Below, one piece after another: positions 1-9,436 of a stretch of DNA of 50,589 nucleotides (position 1 is the first letter of the stretch; each line of letters starts with the position of its first letter). The notes beneath the pieces are model-generated. The model did not search any database. It worked only from the letters and a program-made list of their open reading frames with translations, and had not been told where the DNA came from. The position numbers were made by a program, and so were the translations under genes. Location of the stretch: NCBI GenBank assembly GCA_021734995.1, contig JAIPHX010000001.1, forward strand, positions 1 to 50,589, written 5' to 3'. The stretch is from Minisyncoccota bacterium (lineage in GTDB: Bacteria > Patescibacteriota > Minisyncoccia > Phycocordibacterales > UBA9973).

Positions 1-302
1 TTAAATAAGGTTGAGTTAATGACTAAAGAAGATTTCCGTTTAGAAATTAGCGCTACTGAAAACGTACGCACAAAGTTGACAAATGAAGTAAATGAAATTG
101 GATGGGTTCGTGGAATTTTAAAACCATCAAAGAAAAAATCATTAGAACTTAAAATACAAAAACTAAATACCAGATTAACATTTCTTATCAATAATAGGGT
201 AACATTTCTTAAGGAGAAGCTAGATATTTTAAACGTAACATCCAAAGAAGAAACAACACAACCCGAAAAAGTTGGTAGTAATGAAGACAGCAAAGAAGCT
301 GA
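1..302 (+). repeat. Copy 1 of a near-identical in-frame direct repeat (copy 2 at 739-1040; period 738 bp = 246 codons)
   Basis: TTAAATAAGGTTGAGTTAATGACT... starts at both 1 and 739 and matches, with few substitutions, to ...CAAAGAAGCTGA. Confidence 0.95.
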
Positions 303-1356
303 AGAAGTGAGCAAAGAGGCACCTGGTGCGGATGTTGAAGAGCCTGCTGAAGTGGAGAAGGTGAGTGAAGAGGCACCTGGTGCGGATGTTGAAGAGCCTG
401 CTGAAGTGGAGAAGGTGAGCAAAGAGGCCCCTGGTGCGGATGTTGAAGAGCCTGCTGAAGTGGAGAAGGTGAGCAAAGAGGCACCTGGTGCGGATGTTGA
501 AGAGCCTGCTGAAGTGGAGAAGGTGAGTGAAGAGGCACCTGGTGCGGATGTTGAAGAGCCTGCTGAAGTGGGTAGCAATGACAACTCAATTTATTTATCT
601 GATGCATTGTTTGAAAAATACAAACCAAGTACTGAAGAAATACAAACAAACATGGGAGCAATAGCACGTGAGGTTCTATTAAAAAAAACAGAAGACAAAA
701 TAACAGAAGCCTTAGGAAAAAACAATTTTCCTGATCTTTTAAATAAGGTTGAGTTAATGACTAAAGAAGATTTCCGTTTAGAAATTAACGCTACTGAAAA
801 CGTACGCACAAAGTTGACAAATGAACTAAATAAAATTGGATGGGTTCGTGGAATTTTAAAACCATCAAAGAAAAAATCATTAGAACTTAAAATACAAAAA
901 CTAAATACCAGATTAACATTTCTTATCAATAATAGGGTAACATTTCTTAATGAGAAGCTAGATATTTTAAACGTAACATCCAAAGAAGAAACAACACAAC
1001 CCGAAAAAGTTGGTAGTAATGAAGACAGCAAAGAAGCTGAGAAAGTGAGTGGAGAGGCACTTGGTGGGGATATTGAAAACAGAAACAAAAGAAACATTGA
1101 ACTGAAGAGAAAAGTAATAGAATTAGAAGAATCCGTAACAAAAGGTTCGTCTATTATTCCATCCTTTGTCCCCAACAATATAGACATAAACATAGAAATT
1201 AAAGCTACAGAACAAGTAATAAAAAACAAAAATGCGGAGTTAAAAGACGCAAAGACGAAAAAGAAACCAAGAAAAGTAATAAAAAAAATTGAATATCAAA
1301 TAAGAGAGTTAGTAGCGAGAAATGAAGTTTTTTTAAAAAAATTATCAAATAACTAA
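1..1356 (+). CDS. Repetitive Lys/Glu-rich hypothetical protein, 5'-truncated by the window edge
   Basis: Frame is open from base 1 (LNKVELMTKE...). It contains an internal ~100-aa duplication and an 18-aa tandem array. No recognisable catalytic motif. Confidence 0.8.
   Translation, partial: LNKVELMTKEDFRLEISATENVRTKLTNEVNEIGWVRGILKPSKKKSLELKIQKLNTRLTFLINNRVTFLKEKLDILNVTSKEETTQPEKVGSNEDSKEAEEVSKEAPGADVEEPAEVEKVSEEAPGADVEEPAEVEKVSKEAPGADVEEPAEVEKVSKEAPGADVEEPAEVEKVSEEAPGADVEEPAEVGSNDNSIYLSDALFEKYKPSTEEIQTNMGAIAREVLLKKTEDKITEALGKNNFPDLLNKVELMTKEDFRLEINATENVRTKLTNELNKIGWVRGILKPSKKKSLELKIQKLNTRLTFLINNRVTFLNEKLDILNVTSKEETTQPEKVGSNEDSKEAEKVSGEALGGDIENRNKRNIELKRKVIELEESVTKGSSIIPSFVPNNIDINIEIKATEQVIKNKNAELKDAKTKKKPRKVIKKIEYQIRELVARNEVFLKKLSNN
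307..570 (+). repeat. 54-bp tandem repeat, 4 full copies + 1 partial (VS(K/E)EAPGADVEEPAEVEK)
   Basis: Units start at 307, 361, 415, 469 and 523. Confidence 0.97.
739..1040 (+). repeat. Copy 2 of the ~300-bp in-frame direct repeat
   Basis: Matches 1-302. Confidence 0.95.
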
Positions 1357-1364
1357 CAACAAAA

Positions 1365-4300
1365 ATGAAAGAAATCAAAAAACCAGAAGGAGATCTAAAG
1401 GAGGCGCAAGGAAATATCGAAGAAGATATTCCTAATCCTTTTTCTTTAGAAATCAAAAGAAAAAAAGAACGAATCAAAAAACTTGAAGCTGAACTAGCCG
1501 AACTAAGAGGTGATGCAGTAGGACAAAAAAATACTGAAGAAGGTGATAAAGAAGCGGTTAGCGATGAAGACAACAAAGAAGCTGAAAAAGGTATCAAAGT
1601 TGAAAAGGTGGGCGAAGAGGCACTTGGTGCGGATGTTGAAGAGCCTACTGAAGTTGGTAGCGATGAAGACAGCAAAGAAGCTGAGAAAAAGCAAAGAACT
1701 GCTACACAGCAACCAGTAACTGGTTTAAAGCCTACAAAATTAACACCTACACAAGGTAAAGAAGAACCAACTAATAATGATGCTAATGCTACTCGCAAGA
1801 AAAATGCTACAAAGGAAGCAAAAGTCTTGAGCAAAGAAGATTTAAAAGCAGAAAAAGAAAAAAAGGGGGAGATTTATGCAGACCTCACAGAAAGATTAAA
1901 ATTTAAATCACTCAAAAATGTTAAAGTGAAAGGGTTGAGCGAAGAAGCACTCCGACTTCAAAGAAGTGTTATTCTTGATATAATGGAGGAAAAAAAGAAC
2001 GAGGAGTCCCTTGCAAAAGGATCTGCGAAAAGGCAACTAAGTAACGACATTGATTCTTTATTAGAATTAAGTCAACAACATACAGAAGAAATAAATAAAA
2101 TAGAGGAAGCTAAACCAAAAGAAGAACAAATAGATCCTAAAACAACAGGCACCTCTGAAGCTACTGGAGATATTAATGGGGCTGACGCGAGAGATATTCC
2201 CCCTCCTGAAGATGGGGTAAGCAGAGGAGCTACTATAGATGGTTCACCTAAAAAACGTAAGGTGTGGCCAGAAGTAAAAAGATTTACAGCTGAATCAGAA
2301 GCACAATACACTAGAGAAGAGTTATTGAACGCCGCGGAAGTTTTATGTCGATACAATAGTGCTGCCTACAAAAATAATGAAGAAGGAAACAAAAAAGCAC
2401 AAACAGCAGCTCTAGAAATGTTGAAAAAAGGATATTCTGAAGATGAAATAAAATTTGCTGTAAAAGTATCTGACACTAGAAAACAATTAGCAGGTATAGA
2501 TAAAGAACTGTCCAGAATAGAACAAGAATATAAAGACGCACTGGACAATTCAGACATAACACCATCTGAAGCAACTGCTAAGTTTAGACAACAACTAGAA
2601 ACTGTAAGGCAAAAGACCTTACATCTACACAATGATTATCATCCTCTTCTTATGGATCTGAAAATTGCAAACATAAGACGCCAGTTTAGAGACATAGAGA
2701 AATATAAAGATCACGATGATTATGAAAAAAAAGCGCTTGAAATTGAGCTTACTGCTAGTTCTATGGTTACAACAGAAGTAGTCAAATGGAATGATGCTGA
2801 TATTTTAAGTCAAAAATATCTAAAAGACGCAGAACTTGCTTCTGAGGGAGTAACAAAAAAGAACATATGGGAAAAAATGGGTAGCTGGTTCTCAAGAACC
2901 TCAGAGAAAGCAGGGGGTGCTTTCAAAAAAGTATTCGGTGGATACATGAAAATGGGACTTGCAAAAAGAATGGGTATTCTTGGGGGAGTCGCTGGAGGAA
3001 TTGCTGCTTTTGTACCAGGAGCAGCTGTCGCTGTAGGATTAGGAACTCTTGGGTATTTTGCAATTAAAGGAATCAGAGCTGTGACTGGATCCATTGTGAC
3101 CTATTGGACTATAAAAAATCTATACATGCCAATAGCAAAAGGAGCATACAAAGGAGATTCAACAAAAACGGCAAATAAACAGAGACAAGAAGTGGTTAAT
3201 TCATCAGCAACTCAAGATCTTTTGAAACTTTCTCGTGAAGAAATGAGTCCAGAAGAAGAAGAGGAAACATTGAGAAGAATTGCATCCAAAAATATAGAAA
3301 TTTCAGAAAGTTTTGTTAAAGAAATCAAAAAGAATGAGAGATTATTCAAAATAAATAGTATTCTTGGATCAATAGTGGTGGGTGCCCTTGTTGGATACGG
3401 TGCAAGAAATGCTTTTGATTATTTAGCTGGTCCAGATGGTCTTGGAATTCTTCATCCTCCAACACCAGGTATAGGAGATGTGGAAAATCCAGACGATGGC
3501 AATGGGCCTGGTACGGGGACTGTCCCTCCTCCTGGTGGAAATGGTCCTGGTACGGGGACTGTCCCTCCTCCTGGTGGAAATGGGCCTGGTACGGGGACTG
3601 TCCCTCCTCCTGGTGGAAATGGGCCTGGTACGGGGACTGTCCCTCCTCCTGGTGGAAATGGGCCTGGTACGGGAACGATACCTGACCTTGAAACAGGGCC
3701 AAGTGGACCTTCAAATCAAGAGATATTAGATGCAGCTACAATTGGAGAAGGAGAAGGAATTGAACATGCACTTATAAGACAGCTAACGTTGGATCCTGAA
3801 AGATTCGGATTTAAAGGAAATATCAATGATCCTCAGGCTGTTAGAGGTTGGGCAGGGGTACATGCACACCTAATTGCTATTGACCAAAAATATGTAAACA
3901 TTGATTCCGGAGCAGAAACAAGAGTGTTTGATATGGGACCAGACGGACCAAAAGGAAATCCTGCATATGTATTAACCTTAGATTCAAATGGAAAACCTTC
4001 TGTGCAAGAATATTTTGAAGGAAAGGGGACAGGAAATGGTGGGTGGAATAGTGTATATGAATATGATTATAGGAATTCAGTATACAAACCAATCTTGGGC
4101 GATGCAGGAGAGGGAGAAACAGTAACAACTCCAACCCAAAATATAGATCTTATAGATGGAAAACAAAATTCAGGGGCTAGTGGAGCAACCGAAGGAACTC
4201 AACAAGGGGGTACTTCCAACCTTGATTCCGTTAAAGGAAAAGGATTAGTAAACCCAGAAGGATTATCTGAAGCAATTAATGAAGATTTAATAAACAGAGC

Positions 4301-4613
4301 TAAAGAAATTGCAAATACGACCATTGATAAAATGTTTCCTGGAGAACAAGGAGAGGCAACATTTAATAATCTAAATGACAATGTCCCTGCCCACACACTA
4401 CTATCAGAAATTCCAAAAGGAATTAATCCAACATTTGCCAATATTGCTTCTTATGTTGATCAATTACACGAAGTAACCGGATTAGAACCAACACAAAGAG
4501 GTTTGCTTGGATTCACCCAAAATGAAACTATCTATGAATACATGTTACGCACAACTATGTATGCACAAGAAAATGGTCTGTTGGATAAAATCCAACCTAT
4601 TATAAATAAATAA
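1365..4613 (+). CDS. Large 1082-aa hypothetical protein (charged N-terminus, coiled coil, Gly/Ala-rich hydrophobic helices, Pro/Gly linker, C-terminal globular domains); candidate secreted effector
   Basis: Long ORF. Hydrophobic segments LGGVAGGIAAFVPGAAVAVGLGTLGYF and ILGSIVVGALVGYG; GNGPGTGTVPPPG repeats. The effector role is inferred. Confidence 0.85.
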   Translation: MKEIKKPEGDLKEAQGNIEEDIPNPFSLEIKRKKERIKKLEAELAELRGDAVGQKNTEEGDKEAVSDEDNKEAEKGIKVEKVGEEALGADVEEPTEVGSDEDSKEAEKKQRTATQQPVTGLKPTKLTPTQGKEEPTNNDANATRKKNATKEAKVLSKEDLKAEKEKKGEIYADLTERLKFKSLKNVKVKGLSEEALRLQRSVILDIMEEKKNEESLAKGSAKRQLSNDIDSLLELSQQHTEEINKIEEAKPKEEQIDPKTTGTSEATGDINGADARDIPPPEDGVSRGATIDGSPKKRKVWPEVKRFTAESEAQYTREELLNAAEVLCRYNSAAYKNNEEGNKKAQTAALEMLKKGYSEDEIKFAVKVSDTRKQLAGIDKELSRIEQEYKDALDNSDITPSEATAKFRQQLETVRQKTLHLHNDYHPLLMDLKIANIRRQFRDIEKYKDHDDYEKKALEIELTASSMVTTEVVKWNDADILSQKYLKDAELASEGVTKKNIWEKMGSWFSRTSEKAGGAFKKVFGGYMKMGLAKRMGILGGVAGGIAAFVPGAAVAVGLGTLGYFAIKGIRAVTGSIVTYWTIKNLYMPIAKGAYKGDSTKTANKQRQEVVNSSATQDLLKLSREEMSPEEEEETLRRIASKNIEISESFVKEIKKNERLFKINSILGSIVVGALVGYGARNAFDYLAGPDGLGILHPPTPGIGDVENPDDGNGPGTGTVPPPGGNGPGTGTVPPPGGNGPGTGTVPPPGGNGPGTGTVPPPGGNGPGTGTIPDLETGPSGPSNQEILDAATIGEGEGIEHALIRQLTLDPERFGFKGNINDPQAVRGWAGVHAHLIAIDQKYVNIDSGAETRVFDMGPDGPKGNPAYVLTLDSNGKPSVQEYFEGKGTGNGGWNSVYEYDYRNSVYKPILGDAGEGETVTTPTQNIDLIDGKQNSGASGATEGTQQGGTSNLDSVKGKGLVNPEGLSEAINEDLINRAKEIANTTIDKMFPGEQGEATFNNLNDNVPAHTLLSEIPKGINPTFANIASYVDQLHEVTGLEPTQRGLLGFTQNETIYEYMLRTTMYAQENGLLDKIQPIINK
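1602..1688 (+). repeat. Diverged copy of the upstream gene's 54-bp repeat and flank, inside the next gene
   Basis: GAAGAGGCACTTGGTGCGGATGTTGAAGAGCCTACTGAAGTTGGTAGCGATGAAGACAGCAAAGAAGCTGAG matches 529-570 plus 1009-1041. Confidence 0.9.
3498..3683 (+). repeat. 39-bp tandem repeat, 4 full copies + 1 partial (GNGPGTGTVPPPG)
   Basis: Units start at 3498, 3537, 3576, 3615 and 3654. Confidence 0.97.
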
Positions 4614-4622
4614 TAAAAAATT

Positions 4623-4931
4623 ATGACTAAAAAAGAAGTAGAGGAAATATTAAAAATAAATATCTTTGAAGAACTTGGCATAGAAAATGCTTCAGTGGAA
4701 CTAAAAAGAGCAATATTAGAAGACTCTGGATATGTTGCAACCCAATCAATATGGATCGCGGTATTAAAAAAACTTTCCACAGATAAACAAGACGAGCTTG
4801 CAACCATGTTGGAAGAAAACCCTGACGACATGGAAAGAATAGCTTCTTTTATCAAAAAAGAAGTTCCTGACCATGAAGATGTTGCAAGGGAAGCTGTTGC
4901 TAAATATAAACAACTTTTATTAGCGCACTAA
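4623..4931 (+). CDS. Small acidic helical protein, DUF5663-like (CPR-associated family)
   Basis: Pattern NIFEELGI...K..ILE..G......IW..VL..LS..KQDEL..ML...I..FI..EVPD, recognised from memory of this family. Confidence 0.6.
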   Translation: MTKKEVEEILKINIFEELGIENASVELKRAILEDSGYVATQSIWIAVLKKLSTDKQDELATMLEENPDDMERIASFIKKEVPDHEDVAREAVAKYKQLLLAH

Positions 4932-4954
4932 TATTTATCGTAGATATACCATAC

Positions 4955-4986
4955 AAAAAAACACTCTCTAAGGGGGGTGTTTTTTT
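4955..4986. terminator. Intrinsic terminator (symmetric)
   Basis: AAAAAAACACTCTC-TAAG-GGGGGTGTTTTTTT hairpin with a U-tract, after the three-gene block. Confidence 0.85.
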
Positions 4987-5029
4987 AAGACAATAAATCT
5001 TACATCAAATATGTTAAGATGATTAAGTA

Positions 5030-6988
5030 ATGCACGACCATTTGCAAAGTTTAAATAACATGCAAAAAAAAGCGGCACTTCATATGAAGGGTCCGCTTTT
5101 GGTTATTGCGGGAGCAGGAGCAGGAAAAACAAAAACTATCACTCATAGAATCATCAATCTCATCAAAGAGGGGATCTCTCCTGACAACATTTTGGCAGTT
5201 ACTTTCACCAACAAAGCAGCGAAAGAAATGCGTGACAGGATCCTTGCTACAATGCAAAACGAAACACAAGGACAAGATTCTGTTCCTTTTATCAGCACAT
5301 TCCATTCTCTTGGTGTATATATTATAAAAGAAAATGCGAGTCTTTTGGGTCTAACAAAATATTTTAATATTTTAGATGAATCTGATGCTATCTCTATTAT
5401 CAAAGAAGCAATCAAAGAATCCAACCTAGATCCAAAACAATACGAACCAAGAAAAATTAAAAATATTATCAGTAGAGAGAAGGGGAATTTTACTGATATG
5501 CTTGAATATAAAAATAGAGGGGACTATATGTCTCAAATTGCTGGAGAAATATGGGAAAAATATGAAAAAAGGAAATCAAATGAAAACAGTCTAGACTTTG
5601 ATGACTTACTAATAAAATCAGTGAAGCTTTTAAAAGAAAATGAACCCGTAAGAAAAACATATCAAGACAAATGGCAATATATACACATAGACGAATATCA
5701 AGACACAAATGAAGTGCAATACTTAATGTCTTCCTTGCTTTCTGCGGAACACAAAAATATCTGTGTAGTAGCAGACCCAGACCAGCTCATCTATGGCTGG
5801 CGTGGTGCAAATCTTCGAAATGTTTTAAATTTTGAAAAAGATTACAAAGGAGCAGAAGTGGTAATGCTTGAAGAAAATTATCGTTCTACTCAAAACATTT
5901 TAGAAGCAGCAAATGAGGTAATCAAAAAAAATAAATACCGACCTGATAAAAAATTATTTACCAAAAACAAAGAAGGAGAAAAAATATCTCTATATGAAGC
6001 AGTAGACGAAGGGGACGAAGCAGATTTTATTGCTACAAAAATTTTAGAGATAATAGACAATGCTAGCGCACAGAATTCCAACAATAATTCTCAGAAGAAT
6101 AGTTTGTCAGAAATAGCTATACTGTACCGTGCTAATTTTCAGTCACGAGTATTAGAAGAAGCTATGCTAAGATACAACATCCCATATCAGGTGCTCGGGG
6201 TAAAATTCTTTGAACGAAAAGAAATCAAAGATACTTTGGCATATCTGCGAGCATCACTAAGCCCAGAAAGTTTGTCAGATATAAAAAGAATTATAAACTT
6301 TCCAAAAAGAGGTATTGGTAAAAGTACCCTAGCTAAAATATTTGCCAAAGACACAGAGAGTCTACCCATAAAAACAAAAATTAAAATAAATAATTTTTAT
6401 AAACTTTTAGAAGATATTAAAGAAAAAATCCAAACAGAAAAGACATCTGAAGTGATAAAATATGCAGTCAAAAAATCTGGTATTGAAGCAGAATTACAGA
6501 ATGGCACAGAGGATGACTTAGAAAGATTGGCAAACATTAAAGAGCTTGTGACTCTTGCTTTGAAGTATGATACTCTACCAGAAAGCAAAGGAGTAGAGAA
6601 GCTTTTAGAAGATGCATCACTCGCCAGTGATCAAGATAGTATTATGCTTATAGAAGAAAAAAATAGCATAAAAAAAGCAGTGCGCTTAATGACAGTCCAT
6701 GCATCAAAAGGATTAGAGTTTAATAATGTTTTCATTACAGGTCTTGAAGATGGGCTTTTCCCAAATCGCAGAGATGGAGAAACCAAAAAAGAAGAAGACA
6801 GGGAAGAAGAACGCCGACTCTTTTATGTAGCTCTAACAAGAGCCCGACATAAATTATATCTCTCTTTTGCAAATTTTCGCACAATCTTTGGATCCAAAAC
6901 AATGAACGCTCCGTCTGAATTTATTTATGATATTCCTGGGGATTTAATAGAGACAGAAGGGGAGAAAGTAAAAACCATATATTTATAA
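5030..6988 (+). CDS. pcrA: ATP-dependent DNA helicase PcrA/UvrD (SF1)
   Basis: AGAGAGKT Walker A, TFTNKAA, DEYQDTN, ENYRST, TVHASKGLEF and EERRLFYVALTRA motifs. Confidence 0.96.
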   Translation: MHDHLQSLNNMQKKAALHMKGPLLVIAGAGAGKTKTITHRIINLIKEGISPDNILAVTFTNKAAKEMRDRILATMQNETQGQDSVPFISTFHSLGVYIIKENASLLGLTKYFNILDESDAISIIKEAIKESNLDPKQYEPRKIKNIISREKGNFTDMLEYKNRGDYMSQIAGEIWEKYEKRKSNENSLDFDDLLIKSVKLLKENEPVRKTYQDKWQYIHIDEYQDTNEVQYLMSSLLSAEHKNICVVADPDQLIYGWRGANLRNVLNFEKDYKGAEVVMLEENYRSTQNILEAANEVIKKNKYRPDKKLFTKNKEGEKISLYEAVDEGDEADFIATKILEIIDNASAQNSNNNSQKNSLSEIAILYRANFQSRVLEEAMLRYNIPYQVLGVKFFERKEIKDTLAYLRASLSPESLSDIKRIINFPKRGIGKSTLAKIFAKDTESLPIKTKIKINNFYKLLEDIKEKIQTEKTSEVIKYAVKKSGIEAELQNGTEDDLERLANIKELVTLALKYDTLPESKGVEKLLEDASLASDQDSIMLIEEKNSIKKAVRLMTVHASKGLEFNNVFITGLEDGLFPNRRDGETKKEEDREEERRLFYVALTRARHKLYLSFANFRTIFGSKTMNAPSEFIYDIPGDLIETEGEKVKTIYL

Positions 6989-6995
6989 AACATTT

Positions 6996-7883
6996 ATGCC
7001 GAAAAAAATTACACAAAAAAGTCTACTGAGGCCAAAAAACATGTATCATAAAGCAAAAAAATCATTGGGACAAAACTTTCTAAAATCAGATGGTATTTTA
7101 AACAAAATAGTTTTAGCAAGTGAACTAAAAATAGATGGGATGACAGATTCACCTGAACTAAAAAAAGGGGAAGAATATACTGTGCTTGAAATAGGTCCTG
7201 GAAAGGGGGCTTTAACCGCAAAGCTATTACAATCAGCCAAAAAAGTGATTGCTATTGAAAAAGATGAGCAATTATTTGCCCTTTTATCAGAAAAATTCTC
7301 AAAAGAGATAGAAGAAGCATCTTTAATCATAGAAAATACTGATATTTTAGACCTAGATACTTCAAAAAGCCCATATTTTAAAAGCCCATATAAAATAGTG
7401 GCAAACATTCCATACAATATAACAGGGGCAATCTTTAAAAAGTTCCTAACCGCCGAGAATAAGCCAAAAAGCATGACTTTACTTGTTCAATATGAAGTAG
7501 CCAAACGAATTATGGCAAGAGATGGCAAAGAAAGCCTGCTCTCTATCTCGGTAAAAGCATACGGCACCCCATCAATGCCCCTAAAAGTCCCAGCTAGGTT
7601 TTTTTCACCAGTGCCAAAGGTGGATTCTGCTGTAATACACATAAAAGATATTTCAGGTGAATTTTTTGCAAAATCACAAGGGGAAAATGATACCGAAGAA
7701 AACTTTTGGGAAGTAGTACGAGCAGGTTTTGCACACAAACGCAAAAAACTAGCGGGAAATCTTAAAAATCTAAAGGACACAAGCTTAAAAAAAGAAGTTC
7801 AAGAAAAACTACTTAGATTAAAGCTTGAAAATGCAAGAGCGGAAGACTTGTCTGTGGAGGACTGGAAAATGCTTGTGGGTTAA
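6996..7883 (+). CDS. rsmA: 16S rRNA m6,2A1518/1519 dimethyltransferase
   Basis: KKSLGQNFL, EIGPGKGALT, ANIPYNIT and PKVDSAV motifs. The start could be the internal Met near 7041. Confidence 0.96.
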   Translation: MPKKITQKSLLRPKNMYHKAKKSLGQNFLKSDGILNKIVLASELKIDGMTDSPELKKGEEYTVLEIGPGKGALTAKLLQSAKKVIAIEKDEQLFALLSEKFSKEIEEASLIIENTDILDLDTSKSPYFKSPYKIVANIPYNITGAIFKKFLTAENKPKSMTLLVQYEVAKRIMARDGKESLLSISVKAYGTPSMPLKVPARFFSPVPKVDSAVIHIKDISGEFFAKSQGENDTEENFWEVVRAGFAHKRKKLAGNLKNLKDTSLKKEVQEKLLRLKLENARAEDLSVEDWKMLVG

Positions 7884-8034
7884 AAAATTTGTAGTAATAA
7901 AAAAAACTAAGAAGGGTCTATAAGCAAGAGATATAGAAAAATTGTAATAAAAAAATAAGCTGGTATCAAATTAGCATAAAGTTAAATAAAAAATTAATAT
8001 CAAGCTAAAACAATTCGCTTCCAAAATAAATTTT

Positions 8035-8043
8035 TGGTATAAT
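8035..8043 (+). promoter_or_regulatory. Extended -10 promoter (TGGTATAAT), probably leaderless, at the head of the secretion cluster
   Basis: TGnTATAAT lies 7 nt before ATG 8051 with no SD. Confidence 0.65.
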
Positions 8044-8050
8044 ATAATTT

Positions 8051-8488
8051 ATGAAGAAAAATATATTTTTACTTTTTTCTATTTTTGCGATTACTTTTAT
8101 GTTTACCTTTGTGTTAACAAAAACAGTGAGCGCTAAGGATGGCTCTTATGTGGGCTTTTTTGGTGGAAAAATATTGGACACCAAATCATTACAAATAAAA
8201 CAACTAGAATATGATGGTTTTGATTGTAGTTATGTCGGGACAACTTTTACAATACAACCTGTTGGGAATTACCCTACAGAATACTATGTTCCTAGAGAAG
8301 TCAAAACCGCGACACAAACCATTGTAAGAGCATCTCAATGGTCTTTGGGAGCATACACAACCAACACAATAATAGATTGTGAAAAAGAAATAGACGCAGA
8401 AAAAGGGGCAGACGCAGAAGATATTGAAATGATGCATGTTGCTGTATCTTTACCAACAATTGTATTGTACGGCACATCCAAACATTAA
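8051..8488 (+). CDS. Small secreted hypothetical protein
   Basis: Signal peptide MKKNIFLLFSIF...TVSA; two Cys; ends LYGTSKH. Confidence 0.8.
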   Translation: MKKNIFLLFSIFAITFMFTFVLTKTVSAKDGSYVGFFGGKILDTKSLQIKQLEYDGFDCSYVGTTFTIQPVGNYPTEYYVPREVKTATQTIVRASQWSLGAYTTNTIIDCEKEIDAEKGADAEDIEMMHVAVSLPTIVLYGTSKH

Positions 8489-8489
8489 A

Positions 8490-9431
8490 ATGAAAACATA
8501 CAAAAAATATTTACCTAGTAAAAATTTTAAAATAATAATGGGTGCAACAATAGGTATACTTTTTTTAGTATTTATTTTTTCAGTAATTTTTCCTATAAAT
8601 GAAATTTTTATATCTAAAACAAACACTGGGTTGGTTCCTAACATAAGAAATATGGATGATTTACTACAATTAGATTCTGATACAGACGGGGTTGCAGATT
8701 GGGAAGAGACATTGTGGGGAACTGACAAAACAAACAAAGAAACTTTTGGAATGCCCGATAGTATTTATATACAAAACAAAAAAAAAGAATTAAATCTTGA
8801 AGAAAACGAAGAGAAGACAATAGCTGAGTTGACAGAAACAGATAAATTTGCAAGAAGCTTCTTCACTAGCTTTGTTGCTCTAAAAGACCAGGGGGAAGAT
8901 TCTTTAATTACTAATTTTGCTAAAAATATGGGGACTAGCATGGTGAGTGCTGAATTACCAACTAAATATTTTGAAGCTGATATTTTAATTAAAGAATTAA
9001 ATACTCTAGAGAGTAAAAATGCATACTACGAAAAAGCAAAAACACTATTTGAAAAATACAAAGAGGCTGGTATTGGTAAAGAAATAAATATTATAGCCAA
9101 AAACATGGTTGAGTCTGAGAAAACCAATAATTTTGAAGACACCAAAGGATACCAAGAACTTTTACCGACTGGTGATGCTTATATTACCTTTGCTAAAGAA
9201 TTATCAAAAATAGAAACCCCAAAAAGTTTATCAAAAATACATCTAGACATATTAAACGGGGCACACAACACAGGATTATCTGTTTTAAATATGCAAAAAA
9301 TGATTCTAGACCCCATTGCTGGATTATCAGGGATATCCCAATATCAAAAATATAGTAAAGAATTAATTTCTGGCGTATTAGAACTTGAAAAAATACTTTC
9401 AAAAGAAACTGAAGGTGATATAATACAATAA
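8490..9431 (+). CDS. Membrane-anchored protein with a Ca-binding DxDxDG (thrombospondin type 3-like) motif
   Basis: Start reassigned to ATG 8490, just after the upstream stop. N-terminal TM helix; DSDTDGVADWEE..WGTD. Confidence 0.78.
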   Translation: MKTYKKYLPSKNFKIIMGATIGILFLVFIFSVIFPINEIFISKTNTGLVPNIRNMDDLLQLDSDTDGVADWEETLWGTDKTNKETFGMPDSIYIQNKKKELNLEENEEKTIAELTETDKFARSFFTSFVALKDQGEDSLITNFAKNMGTSMVSAELPTKYFEADILIKELNTLESKNAYYEKAKTLFEKYKEAGIGKEINIIAKNMVESEKTNNFEDTKGYQELLPTGDAYITFAKELSKIETPKSLSKIHLDILNGAHNTGLSVLNMQKMILDPIAGLSGISQYQKYSKELISGVLELEKILSKETEGDIIQ

Positions 9432-9436
9432 GTAAA

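Noticed and set aside
307-570. Tandem array as a possible CRISPR
   Set aside because: Units are contiguous with no unique spacers, are a multiple of 3, lie in frame in a CDS, and no cas genes are present.
1-1040. Diversity-generating retroelement TR/VR pair
   Set aside because: Both copies are in frame in one gene, the differences are few and not clearly adenine-specific, and no reverse transcriptase is in the window.
209-4441. Antisense and alternative-frame ORFs (e.g. 209-667, 591-1229, 1205-1834, 3346-3714)
   Set aside because: Shadows of repetitive or biased coding sequence on the opposite strand, with no independent signals.
8436-8489. ORF-track N-terminal extension of the 331-aa ORF
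   Set aside because: It overlaps the upstream gene; ATG 8490 directly after the stop is more plausible.
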